Source: Trichosphaerium sp. ATCC 40318 (lineage: Eukaryota; Protista; Tubulinea). From it: a stretch of 64,000 nt of DNA. Below the pieces are notes generated by a model. The model ran no database searches and was not told where the DNA came from. It saw nothing but the letters and a program-made list of their open reading frames with translations. Position 1 is the first letter of the stretch. Each line of letters starts with the position of its first letter. A program made the translations under genes and the position numbers. This document shows, piece by piece, positions 13,616 to 24,877 of the stretch. The stretch spans positions 124,001 to 188,000 of the forward strand of contig JALMLS010000062.1 in assembly GCA_038496445.1 (NCBI GenBank), written 5' to 3'.

Positions 13616-13960
13616 TGGAATGAAAAACTTTCGATTATTTTTTTGTCTGTTTTTCTTGCTTTAGTCAAAATAGAATAAGTTGTGCGTTCTTCATTAAAAC
13701 ATTGTTCGGTTTTACAACATTGGAAATACGCATCAACAGACCATTCAAAACGTCGTGGTTATGTTTACAGATTTATTTTGAGTACCAAATCGTGAACACG
13801 TGATTGATCATGTGACGCCTCTTTTATTGTATTATCGAATCGAGGGGCATCATAAAAACTTTGTTTGCCCTTTTTTTTAATTAGTCGATTTTTTTTAAGT
13901 CTCCCTTGAAGCACATAACGATTTTGTTGTATTCCGCCTTTTTATTTTTATGTATACTTG

Positions 13961-16126
13961 ATGAGCCAAGGTGCAGCACTTCTCGGGATTATTATTACTT
14001 TCTCGTTATTATTTATCATTGCTATACCTTCATTTACCATCTTTGGTGTATATATTAACGATTCATGTGCTCCTCCTATAGTTGTTATAAACGGTACATC
14101 ATTTAACGAAACGGTAAACACAAACATCACCATCAACGATCTCAACACATTCAACACTACAATCGACGACAAAGAACACTACTGTAAGCCAAAAAGAAAG
14201 CATTTCTTTTTTGAAAGTTTTCTTTACAAGAGACCGTAACGAAAATAGCTTCCTCAGCGTATTCTAAGGCGCTAGTTTACAGCTAGCGCTTTAGAATAAC
14301 GAAAAAAATCGCTTTATAAAATCCCCGACCTTTAGTCATGTGCGTATCGAATTGACGAATTTACTTAGCACTTGGACTTGCCAATTGGTCAGCAATATCA
14401 GGTGGAGCTATCATCTTCTGCGTTCTACTTTTACTAAGTTTTTGGTCATTAAACTACGCTATCAAAGAGATACCTACCGAGGTTAATGCAGTTGTTGGTA
14501 TCGTGGGAGCGTTGATATTTATTGCTGTATGGATTTATGGCGTTGTTATTTTGATAAACAGCGATGAATGCAAAGAAAATCTTTTCGGTTTATGGGTTGC
14601 TGCTTTAGTACTTCTCATTCTTGATGCCTTGGCGATTATAGCTTGTATATGCGCTGTCAGCTTTTATTTATATGTATCCTATAACGATGAATTCATTCCA
14701 GCAGCTACAGGGGCGCCTAAAAAGCGTGTGAAGAGTATACAACTTGGAACGATTGGAGAGGTTGAACATAGTGTACAATACGCAGATCGTCACGTGACAA
14801 TGTCCACTGGATCTCTTCATATCCCTCCTTCTGGTAGAACTACTGTCGATACTGCATATGGAAGTAGATCGATGATTAGCGTAGATATAAGAGAGAACAC
14901 GTTTATCCGTGCGTATTTTTTTTTTCAAACAAACAAACATCCATCTCAACGCCGATTTCGAAGCCAATAGAGGCTCCTATCAACTTTATTCTTTTTTTTT
15001 AACTTTTTTGAAAACAAACCCGAAGTTAATGATCTTATAAGTTGATTTCATTGCACGCGTGTAAAAAATAAGAAGTGATTTTTATTTTTTTATTTTTTTT
15101 TCCTTTTCTCAATTTATTAATAATATCTCAGGTCGTGGTATCGGTAACAGGTTTCCTTGGTATTTTTCACAGAGTCTTAGTGACTCTTTTAAATGGAAGA
15201 AAGTGTCAGCTCATGAGAGGATAAACCTAACACGTAAAAAATACCCGAACGATTATAACTTTGTTGAAAAACTATTCTACATGAGTGCACCAAGAGATTG
15301 GAAAATAAGCTCTATTGCTGCTGTTAAGAACTCTATATTTCAATCCCCTTTTGAAGCACGTATAGGGAAATTAGGTACGAGGGTTTTTATTATCACGTGA
15401 CTAAAAACTACGTTTTTAGGTGAAAAAAAATCAAGACAAGAAGAGAATTTTTTTAATGAGTCTCAGAGTACCTTACGAGCTAAGCTGATTGACAGACTTG
15501 ACAGTTATATATGTCATGAAACAGATGAAGGTGTTAAAGTTCTTTTTGTTTGGTATAGCACAACACCACAAGAAGCAAACGCAATAGCAGACAAAGGCCT
15601 AAACATTAACGAAAGCGGTACGTTAGGCTCTTTTTGTTGAATTTCCCAAAAACCACAAAACAAAGCCAGCATTCCAATCGATTTTTGTTCTTACTTTTCA
15701 CGTAGCACCACATGGTAGAGGCATTTATGCGACCCTTCAAGCTAAATACGCCGAAGAAGGCAATGGCGTCTTAGTACTATGTACATGCGCTGTACTTAAT
15801 GCGTTCCCAGTAGTAAGATACCTTTAAAAGAAACCTGCTACAACAAAATAATTAACCTTTTTGTAGATTCACGCAGATGCCAATATGCTTCGCGGTAGCA
15901 ATGTCAAATCTGGCTATGATGCTCATTTTGTACCAATGTCTGTTGGTGTAGACTCGACTAGTCCTCTTTCTAGCTTGGCAGATGTACCAACATACGACAA
16001 CATCGTTGTTTTTGAGGTACCTTAAGAAATTAGATTAAATTAAGGAACTAACCCTTTTTACAGCCAAGCCAGATAATACCTAGGTTTATTGTATACCACA
16101 AAAACAGCTCCATATTTAAGAAGTAA
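13961..16126 (+). CDS. 4-TM membrane protein fused to a degenerate PARP-like ADP-ribosyltransferase domain
   Basis: Four hydrophobic helices are joined in frame by intron 14909-15131 to VLFVWYSTT..HGRGIYAT..KYA..LVLCTCAVLNAFPV..GYDAHFV..YDNIVVFEPSQIIPRFIV. Confidence 0.7.
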
Positions 16127-16398
16127 AAAAAGACAGTTTTTAATTAAAAACCAATGTAAACAACTACTAAAAAACGCACACGTGCAATTTTTGTTCTGAC
16201 CAAAAAAAATACGTTTTGTTACTTTTCAGTTTTTATCAATTCAAGTCACTTGTCTCGCACTCGTAAGTTATGTATGCGCTAAACAGGTTACATATGTACC
16301 CTAAGAATTTCCTTTTGTGCTGATGCAAGTCTCGTAGTTTACGGTCAAAGTAGGTCACATTTTCGATCTTAAGTTATTAACTTTTACCTCAAATCGTG

Positions 16399-17025
16399 AT
16401 GCGACGTATGTGGTTTCTGCTAATCTTAATATGCTCTTGCTATACATCATATAAAGGGTTAAAAAGATGGCATACTAAATACGACGCAGCACTAGCGCCA
16501 AGAAAATCATGTAAAGTAATGTCCATACAAGCATCAAGAAGGGCATTTCCTATCAAAAGGAAGATTCAAATACTAAAAATATTCTCTTTGGTTACATTAA
16601 ACTTTACGTTTACTACCTCGGACATTAAAACGACGTTTTCCGTTAAGCTTAATAATGAGTGGCTTGGAATTGGATCAATGATAAAGAACACAGTTTTATC
16701 TTGCAACAGAAAGGCTCCTTTATACAAAAAAACCGTTATATTCCGGACATTCGTAAGAGGATCAAAACATCATATTGTAACAGTTTTTGCTCATGCAGAT
16801 AACAATGAAATGAACGCTGGTATTGCTGAGTTTAAAGTAACATCAGAAATACCTTCATATCTTATAGGTGTTATATTTACAATTATATTAACAGTATGCG
16901 CTCCATTATTTATGGTATCACGTTGCTACTATGGTGCACTTTATCAAAAAAAAAAGAAGAAACAAAATCACGTGATAGCAAACGATATTGAAGACACTGT
17001 ATGCAATCAACGAAAGACGTTGTAG
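16399..17025 (+). CDS. Hypothetical type I membrane protein, single exon
   Basis: 208-aa ORF with an N-terminal hydrophobic signal, a TM helix (YLIGVIFTIILTVCAPLFMV) and a basic stop-transfer segment. Confidence 0.6.
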   Translation: MRRMWFLLILICSCYTSYKGLKRWHTKYDAALAPRKSCKVMSIQASRRAFPIKRKIQILKIFSLVTLNFTFTTSDIKTTFSVKLNNEWLGIGSMIKNTVLSCNRKAPLYKKTVIFRTFVRGSKHHIVTVFAHADNNEMNAGIAEFKVTSEIPSYLIGVIFTIILTVCAPLFMVSRCYYGALYQKKKKKQNHVIANDIEDTVCNQRKTL

Positions 17026-17278
17026 CTATTGTACGATGGTCAACACGACATAAAAGAATAAATTCTTGTAAGATACAAATGTACAAACTTGCAATGGTGC
17101 AAACAAAGTTGGTTTCAGTGATACGCTATCCAAGGTATTTCACACAACAAAAAGAGTTGTTTCCAACCATTCCACAGTAGTATGTGTTGACGCTGGTTCG
17201 ACAAGCTCATTAGTTGTAATGAATTGTGTTTTGTGAATGAGGTAACTAAGCGACACTCACTACTATTGGTGATGTAAA

Positions 17279-17761
17279 ATGGCACTACCAAAAGCTTCGG
17301 ATATTGTTAATGATTACCAATACAAAGTTCATAAATACGATGATTTGTGCGTAACGTACACTTTACGTCTACAGAAAGTACAAAAAACACAGTTTGGCTC
17401 GAAAGCGCCTTTTACGTTCAAGAGAGTACATACAACAGCGTATAGCGGTACTTGGACAGGATATTCGGGCGTATGGACTCACACGTATAAAACAAGCACC
17501 ATAGTAGGTGATAAGGATCATACGTGTTCTAAGTACCCTGAAGAGCGTAACGATCGCGATGAACAACCACCAAAACAAAAACTATGCGTAATTGTGCTAG
17601 CGATCGATAAACGTATCTCTGGATACTACGAAGATGGCTGTGGTGACGTAGAAGATACTTATGATGATAAAGGAACCGTTGTGTTGGATTTTGTGAAGTT
17701 AAACAACAGATCGAGCGGTGTAGTGCTGAATAATGTGGTTTTTCGCATGCCTTCCAAATAA
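17279..17761 (+). CDS. Hypothetical protein, single exon
   Basis: 160-aa ATG-started ORF with an A-rich start context (AAAATGG); no motif recognised. Confidence 0.55.
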   Translation: MALPKASDIVNDYQYKVHKYDDLCVTYTLRLQKVQKTQFGSKAPFTFKRVHTTAYSGTWTGYSGVWTHTYKTSTIVGDKDHTCSKYPEERNDRDEQPPKQKLCVIVLAIDKRISGYYEDGCGDVEDTYDDKGTVVLDFVKLNNRSSGVVLNNVVFRMPSK

Positions 17762-18142
17762 ACGACCCGTGCTCGCTTAAAACTACGTAAAGTCCCGCTT
17801 AGAAACTCAAAGCAACAAACCAACTTAAGTCTGTGGCTGTAATGTTTCGCTGAGTTCACATCAATGACAATCGAGGAATATCACGTGCCTCGTTAAAAAA
17901 GTCTAAGTTTACCAGGATCAGAATCCTTCCATATTTCTGACCCAGTTCGATTTTAAATCACGTGGACGTACTTCACGTGATTACTGGTATTATCACGTAG
18001 TGTCTATGGTTGTGATTTCGTGGCGTTGTACTACATGGAGAAAAAAACAGAGATGTCAATACTCATGCACGCAGCCAAGAATGGTGCCGAAAAAGGATGA
18101 TAGGGTTACTATTGTTTTTTTTTATTTCTATGTTAAAGCTCA

Positions 18143-20599
18143 CTAAACACATAGAGAAGCAAGCTCTTTTCTTACTTTCAAAAATAAGGAAGCATCTTTT
18201 GAAAAAGTGTAATCGTTTGAAACAACTTGTTCAATTACTTTCATCACCTTCGCTTTACCAACTTTTTTTTCGGCTAACTTCATATATTCTCTATCTTCTA
18301 TACCGTCCCTTACTTGTTTGAACCTAATAGAAGACACTGGGATATGATTGGATCCACCAATGATATCAGGTGTACCTTAAAAACAGTTATTGTTTAGTCG
18401 TCTTTTTTAGCTTGTTTTTTTTCTCGAAAATTAGGGTTTGTTACCTGGGTAGAAGAACGTCCCGTCTCCGTTTCCAGTAAAGTAATAAATATCGTGCCAA
18501 GGGTCCTTTCCTTGCATAGCATAGTTAGTAGACCAATACAGTTCCCCTTGAATATCGTAAAGATAACTCATCCAGGACATTATCCTGTTGTTTATAGCTG
18601 AATGATCTATGACATACGATGGCCATCCTTGACGTTTATTTAACAGACCATCTTTCAAATATCGTTTCAACGTACCCATTTCGCAAGCACGCGTTGAATC
18701 ACATCCGGGAGTTCCGCAGCCGTCAGACATACAACTAGAAAAGTGTGTTTTAAAAAAGCGAAGGGCTTTTTTTTAAAGTACCTTTGGTACCACCACAAGG
18801 TATTTACTTTATCATAAGCTGAACGTTGATTACCGTTTACTTCATAGCAGTTGTTTTTTGGTTCCATGTAGTTTATAATAGGCACCCAAAGATCAATAAA
18901 TTCCGTTATATTCTAAAGAAATGTGGCTATTAACGCGCGTTACATGCAAAGCGATTCATACCCGTGAAACTGCTTTGTCCATCTCAGTTGTGCATAAAAC
19001 ACGCAGGTCAGGATCCGCTTTGTGTACTGCAATTGATCTAGAAGTCAGTTTCTCAAAATCAAAAGGTGTATGCGGCTCGTCCTATCCAAAGAAATGAGTA
19101 TATTATGAGAAAGAAAAAATAAAAATTATATTAGCGTACTTGAGTGTAATCAAACAACGTATCAAACCATCCTTGCTGTTTAAAGAAAGCAACAACATCT
19201 TTCCAGTATTGTATCTAAACAAGCAGTTAAAACTCAAGTTCCCAATTGTTACGTGAACCAAGACTTCACAAGAAAAGATAAAGAAATATTTTAGCAAACT
19301 AGCCACGCACTTGGTTTGCTATTTGTGTAGATGTACAGTTAGGAAAAGAATAACAGTGCTTTGCCAATATTTGGCAAGATGTTATTTTTGCTTCTTTTAA
19401 ACCATAAGGCAACTCATGGCCATTAAAGAACGTATGCCAATTATCGTAATACTTATCAAAATCAGGCCTTTATGGATACTTCATTAGCTTTTTTTTGGGT
19501 TATCACGTGATATGTTACGTACTTATCAGTGTTTATGGAAAAGTCACTTTCTGAAAAATCGCCTAAAGTAACTCGATGCATCATAGCTTCTTCTTGGTAC
19601 TAGTCGAGAAATAAAAAAAGTTAGATACTGTTGCTCTTGTCAGTCATTTTTCAAACTCTTTATTTAAAGATAGATACCAGTTTAGTAAGTTCAAGCCATG
19701 CTGTATAATTGTCATTTCCATAATGTGCTTTTGCAGCACTGTCAATACTATGGGAAGAAATTAAATAACCGTAGCGTGATATTTCTTTACAGTCTTTTTA
19801 CCTGAAGCCGAACATTAAGGAGTAGTTCGTTACAGTAGATGGTAGCGCAAAATCCCATACAGTCAGTGTAAACTGTACCTTTTCATTCCCGTTTATAGTA
19901 ATAAAGCCGCTGTAGTCACCCTACAAAACAGGGTAAGCAACAAAGAAAGAAAAATCGAAAACGACGTACTGGTTTAGCATCTTCAGGAATAAACATGTCA
20001 ACCCACATGGCCCTGTTTTCACCTGCTGGTACACTAAATGGAAAAGCGTTTCTTTTCTCTAATGAGAATGTCACATCGTAACGCTCTTGTGATGTTGTGG
20101 CGTACCATTGAAGAAAACGTCAACATCAGGTACAAGAGGATCAGGCCATCTTCCAACTTTGCCATAGCCTTGGAGCGTTAATATATAAATTATATACAAC
20201 GTTAATAGCGTACAATCACTCTCAGTTGTAACGTTAAGATACGCCTGGCGATACAGCTTCGCTGGAGTACCCTCAAAAAGGGTTGAAACGGAAACTGAGT
20301 GAATCTAAACTGGCGGTTAACCACTTATTTTAAATCAAATTCTACTAACATCCTGAGGTCCTATGAGAACTATTTGGAAAGAATGGTATTCGTTTCTAGC
20401 GCTGTAGGTTTGGAAAGTTCCTGTTACACTTATGGAGTCTTCAGGACGTATTTTAACAGCAGAGTGCATCAACACAGCTGTTGGTTCTAGTTTTAAACAC
20501 GTGATTAGCGGAAAGACAACAAAATGATTCTCACCTACCTTTAGTTATCTCTATAGCATGAATGGCGTATGCCAAGAGTATACACAATAAAAGTCGCAT
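18143..20599 (-). CDS. Secreted DUF4091 / GH123-like glycoside hydrolase, multi-exon
   Basis: Signal peptide; RNEYHSFQIV, WPDPLVP, GENRAMWVDMFIP..GDYSG, LTVWDFALP, DEP, GWPSYVID..GELYW..GNGDGTFFYPG and SSIRFKQVRDGIEDREY. Confidence 0.8.
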
Positions 20600-20869
20600 C
20601 TACAACTGACTTCTGAGTGTTAAAGCTGATAAATGGTCGAGTTTATTTTCGAATGAACTTGTATGACCGGTTTATGGCTATACGGCGTTAGTACCAACGT
20701 AGCATATCAACAAGAAGCTGTATTTAAATAGAATCAATCCGTTCAGCGTACGTCCATGACTACAAAACACTTTCAAAACAACGATTTTGCACATGTCAGA
20801 AGCCAAAAAATATCGTTGCTACATACAACCGATTTTCTGAGTTTTGCTTTTGTATTACAGGGGCCATAG

Positions 20870-21110
20870 TTTTTTCCGAATTTTCCGAAAACAAAAATTC
20901 GAAAAAATAGAATTCGTAGAAAGATGCATAGCTAGGGCAGTCCACTAAACTAGAAAGCGCCTGGTTCACTTACGGTCGGGTCCTCGCTGTGCTCGGAACT
21001 AGAACCCGACCTTCGCTCACATATAGTGATCCATTGGTGGGTATAGGCATTCGGTTTTTGTATCGAATTCTATTTTTTCGAATTTTTTCTTTCGAAAAAT
21101 TCGGAAAAAA
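20870..21110. mobile_element. MITE-like non-autonomous element with 47-bp inverted repeats
   Basis: 20870-20916 and the reverse complement of 21064-21110 match at 44/47 positions. The interior is non-coding, with a GC-rich hairpin (GGTCGGGT...ACCCGACC). Confidence 0.65.
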
Positions 21111-21301
21111 CGTGGGTCCGTTTTATTGAGCAAACGATAATTTGAAGGAACAGTCTCGCCTTTTTTAGGTTATTGACAAAGTTACCTTATGTTGTTTTAG
21201 GTTTTATATCTATCATAATTAATTGGATATAGATAATTCCAAGATCTGCAACCCGCTGCAAAACCTTCAAAGGCAGCAATCAAAGTTCCCTACTTGTTCA
21301 G

Positions 21302-22000
21302 ATGAAAAAACAAAAAACAAAAAAGAGCTTGTCTTCTTTTAAGGTAACTAGTATACTTGATCTCCCTTGTGAGATTCAAAGGTATATATGCATTTTCAAT
21401 GTTGAAGCGTTCACAAAATATCATACACTCTCAAGAAGAGCAGCAATCAATACACATTTCGATGAAGGATTACAAAAGAAGGGAAAATGGATATCTTGGT
21501 ATAAAAGTGGAAAGGTAAAGGCTCATCAATATTGTACTGGTCCAAGTAACATATGGCACGAGAGTGGAAATATAATGATGCAGTATACAATGGTTGATGG
21601 TATAAAAAATGGCGACCAGAAACAGTGGTACAAAAGTGGTCAACTCTGGGTACAAAGTATGTGGGTTGATGGTAAACGACATGGTGAAGTTAAAGAGTGG
21701 TATAAGAGTGGTCAGATCAAAGCACAAATCATGTTTGTTGATGGTAAACAACATGGTGAAGTAAAAGAGTGGTATGAGAATGGACAACTCAAGATACAAA
21801 GTGTGTGGGTAGATGGTAAAAAGAATGGTGAATACAAAATGTGGCATATGAATGGACAACTCAGGATACAAAGCATGTGGGTTGATGATAGAAAGAATGG
21901 TGAATATAAACAGTGGCATTCAAATGGACAACTCAAGGTACAAAGAGTATATGGTAATGGAACGCAAAAAGGTGAACAATCAAAGAACACGAGCTGTTAA
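21302..22000 (+). CDS. F-box-like + MORN-variant (YwqK-like) repeat protein, intronless
   Basis: ILDLPCEIQRYI followed by 24-aa repeats of the form WYxxGQLxxxxxxVDGKxxGExKx. Confidence 0.85.
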   Translation: MKKQKTKKSLSSFKVTSILDLPCEIQRYICIFNVEAFTKYHTLSRRAAINTHFDEGLQKKGKWISWYKSGKVKAHQYCTGPSNIWHESGNIMMQYTMVDGIKNGDQKQWYKSGQLWVQSMWVDGKRHGEVKEWYKSGQIKAQIMFVDGKQHGEVKEWYENGQLKIQSVWVDGKKNGEYKMWHMNGQLRIQSMWVDDRKNGEYKQWHSNGQLKVQRVYGNGTQKGEQSKNTSC

Positions 22001-22004
22001 CTGA

Positions 22005-22325
22005 ACATTTTAAGGGCCAAAGTAATTGAATTTGGCAAACAGCTAGTGGCCATAAACGACGGAACAACTGTAGACAATAGATTAGAATAAGTTAAAGGAT
22101 CACAACATCGTTTTCATTCTTTGTGAGTGAGCTATGGAAAAACCTATAGCCAGTAATGTTATTTTATATGTCATCCATTCCATTGTGGTTAAATACCACG
22201 CGGATTGTTTGGTAGCTATTATATAAATCTCAAATGAGATGTTACCAAAGGAAGTGGGCTGGATTTGATGCTTGACAACTCTAAAAGAAGTATGTTAAAC
22301 CATTGTACTCACCATACTGTGTATG
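22005..22325 (-). pseudogene. Decayed remnant of a paralog of the F-box/SPRY gene at 31315-33929
   Basis: The minus strand reads ATG|gtgagt..ttttag|AGTTGTCAAGCATCAAATCC..CCACTTCC.TTTGGTA, matching M|SCQASNP..PLPFG of the SPRY gene with the same intron position. Downstream similarity is broken by deletions. Confidence 0.6.
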
Positions 22326-22459
22326 AGAAAACTGCCAAGAAAAACCGTTACAAGGCAAAGAGTAATTCCAAAGCAGCGCCACTAGTTTGTGCTATGTTTT
22401 TGGAAGCTGGCTTAGTCGGCCATTTAAGCAAATTAGGAAATTAGCTCATAAATAAAAGA

Positions 22460-24195
22460 ATGACCGAAACTGAAAGCCTTGGTATGTAGAATTGTAGTCG
22501 AGCTCACTCGCGTTTATACTGTGCCATTTAGAGTCTCTTTTGGCGCTTATACCTGAAGATAAGCAGAAAGAAGCTAACCGTATTTTACATGGCATGAACA
22601 TGGGTAAATTAGTACGTGAAGTGCCTGAAGATAATACAGAAGCGTTATCGTTTGAATTAAAATGTACGATAGACTAAAAAATCAATATCCAGATCTAAAA
22701 GCTCTTAATACATCTAGCATTTCAATTTGACGCGAAACCTGAGTCAACTAGACCACCAAGAAGAGTTAAAATTGGTTTGATTCAAAACACTGTCGTTAAA
22801 CCGACAACAGACCCAATTGATGTTCAGGTTCGCTAAATCTTACCCTAATTTACACTGTAAACTAATCCAACGAAAAGTACAAAGCAATTGAAGCAAAAAT
22901 CGGTGAAATGCTTCATGAAGCTGGTAAACGCGGTGTTAATGTTGTTTGTTTACAAGAGGCGTGGAGTACGTTTGTTTTAAAACACGTGAGCGAGATAAAG
23001 CAGTTTTTTGATTTTGCTATTTTCTTTCATCTCAAACACGTTTTCAGAGCGTCTACAATCTCGCCATTTTACGCCTGAGTGTGTGACTAACATTAACACT
23101 AGCGTGTCCGTTCTTTTTCTGCACTAGAGAAAAGACGCCTTGGTTGGAATTTGCTGAATCAGCCGAAACAGGCCGCTCTACAAAATTCCTTCAAGGCATT
23201 GCTAAGACTTATAATATGGTACTACACCTATTCTGGTCATATCATAGCAAGCCTAATGATGTAATAGGTCATTGTATCTTCTATCTTAGAGCGAGATGAG
23301 AACCATGGGGATACTATCTGGAACACTGCTGGTAAACTTTTTTTATGTTTCCAAAAAATTATTCAGTTTAACGCCGTGCTCTCGCTTATGTCTTCCTCTA
23401 GTTGTGATTGGTAACAATGGGAATGTTATTGGAAAGACAAGGAAGAACCACATTCCTCGTGTTGGAGACTTTAATGAGTCTACATATTACATGGAAGGCA
23501 ACACTGGTCATAGAGTTTTTGAAACTATTTATGGGAAAATTGCAGTGAATATTTGTTATGGTCGTCACCATTCACTAAACTGGATGGCGTACGGATTAAA
23601 TGGTGCAGAGATTGTTTTTAATCCATCTGCTACTGTTGGTGACCTTTCAGAGCCAATGTGGCGTATTGAAGCAAGAAATGCCGCTATGCAAAATAAGTAC
23701 GGATTCTTTGAATGTTCTGTTTACTGTAGCTTATTGGTGTCATTAGTTATTTTGTGGGTAGTATCAACCGTGTAGGTAGTGAAACATTTCCAACTGAATT
23801 TACAAGGTAAGTTATAAATAGAAACGTACATGTGTTTTAGGATGAGGTAGCTTATTGTTGTTGTAGTGGAGATGGTAAGCCAGCAAAGAAAGTTTTTGGA
23901 CATTTTTATGGATCGAGTTTCGTTTCTGCACCTGATGCATCACGTACACCTGGATTATCAAGAGTCAAAGATGGTCTTTTGATTGCTGATGTTGATTTGA
24001 ACTTGTGTAGACAAGTTAAGGATAGATGGTGCTTTCAGGTAACAAAAGAAAAGGTTTTGACCAACTTACCCTTTTTTTTTAACACATTTTCCTCGTTAGA
24101 TGACAGCACGCCACGAGTACTATGCTAAATTTTTGACTGAATATGTCAAGCACGATTATAACCCTGATGTCATTAGAGATCCTTCGTTGTCTTGA
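22460..24195 (+). CDS. UPB1: Beta-ureidopropionase (beta-alanine synthase, nitrilase superfamily)
   Basis: [78 protein letters not shown] and [15 protein letters not shown]. Confidence 0.95.
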
Positions 24196-24877
24196 ATACC
24201 ATGTAGTTGAAATAAAGATTGTTTTAGCAATGTCAATGATGCAATTTACTGGTCATTTTTCTTCAAAGTAAAAATAAGCGTTGGAAAGAGTGCTACCAAC
24301 ATCAAACAAAAAGATCCATAGGGCCGAAACCCCGATTTTCCATATATTGATAAAGTAAATTACTAATGGATCTGGTAGAAAAAGCAAGTAGTACAGTTTT
24401 TGTTCTACGATCAAAACCAAAAAAAAAAAAAGTGGTATTAAATTTTTTGCCAATTACACTTTACATGCTTAAAAATTACGCGTACAACAGATAAATGAGT
24501 TAGTAAACATTGGTTAATAATAGTAAGTAATTTTTCTAATCATTCATGAAACGAGGAAATTCGCTTTGTTTTGGCAATGTTGTTTTTAGTTTTGTTGAGA
24601 GTAAAAACTCTTATTGTATTGGTTAGGTATTTGTAACGAGCATTAATGCAATTCATACAATTCAAAACTCTTGATCCTGTCTCCATAACGCTTGGCTAGA
24701 GCAAACTGTCGATTGAAAAGGAAAGATTAAGCCACTTTGGCACAGGCGAAACAAAAGCACTTTATTTGTGTTGTAGTATGCATTGGAGCACTTCGAACAA
24801 AGAAAATAACTAGTGAAATAACAGGTTGACTAACTTGACCGAAACAGATAATAAACTATTAAATTGGTGTGGTAGTT

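Noticed and set aside
21600-21960. Regular 72-nt repeats resembling a CRISPR or other non-coding array
   Set aside because: They are in-frame protein repeats with synonymous variation and no repeat-spacer structure.
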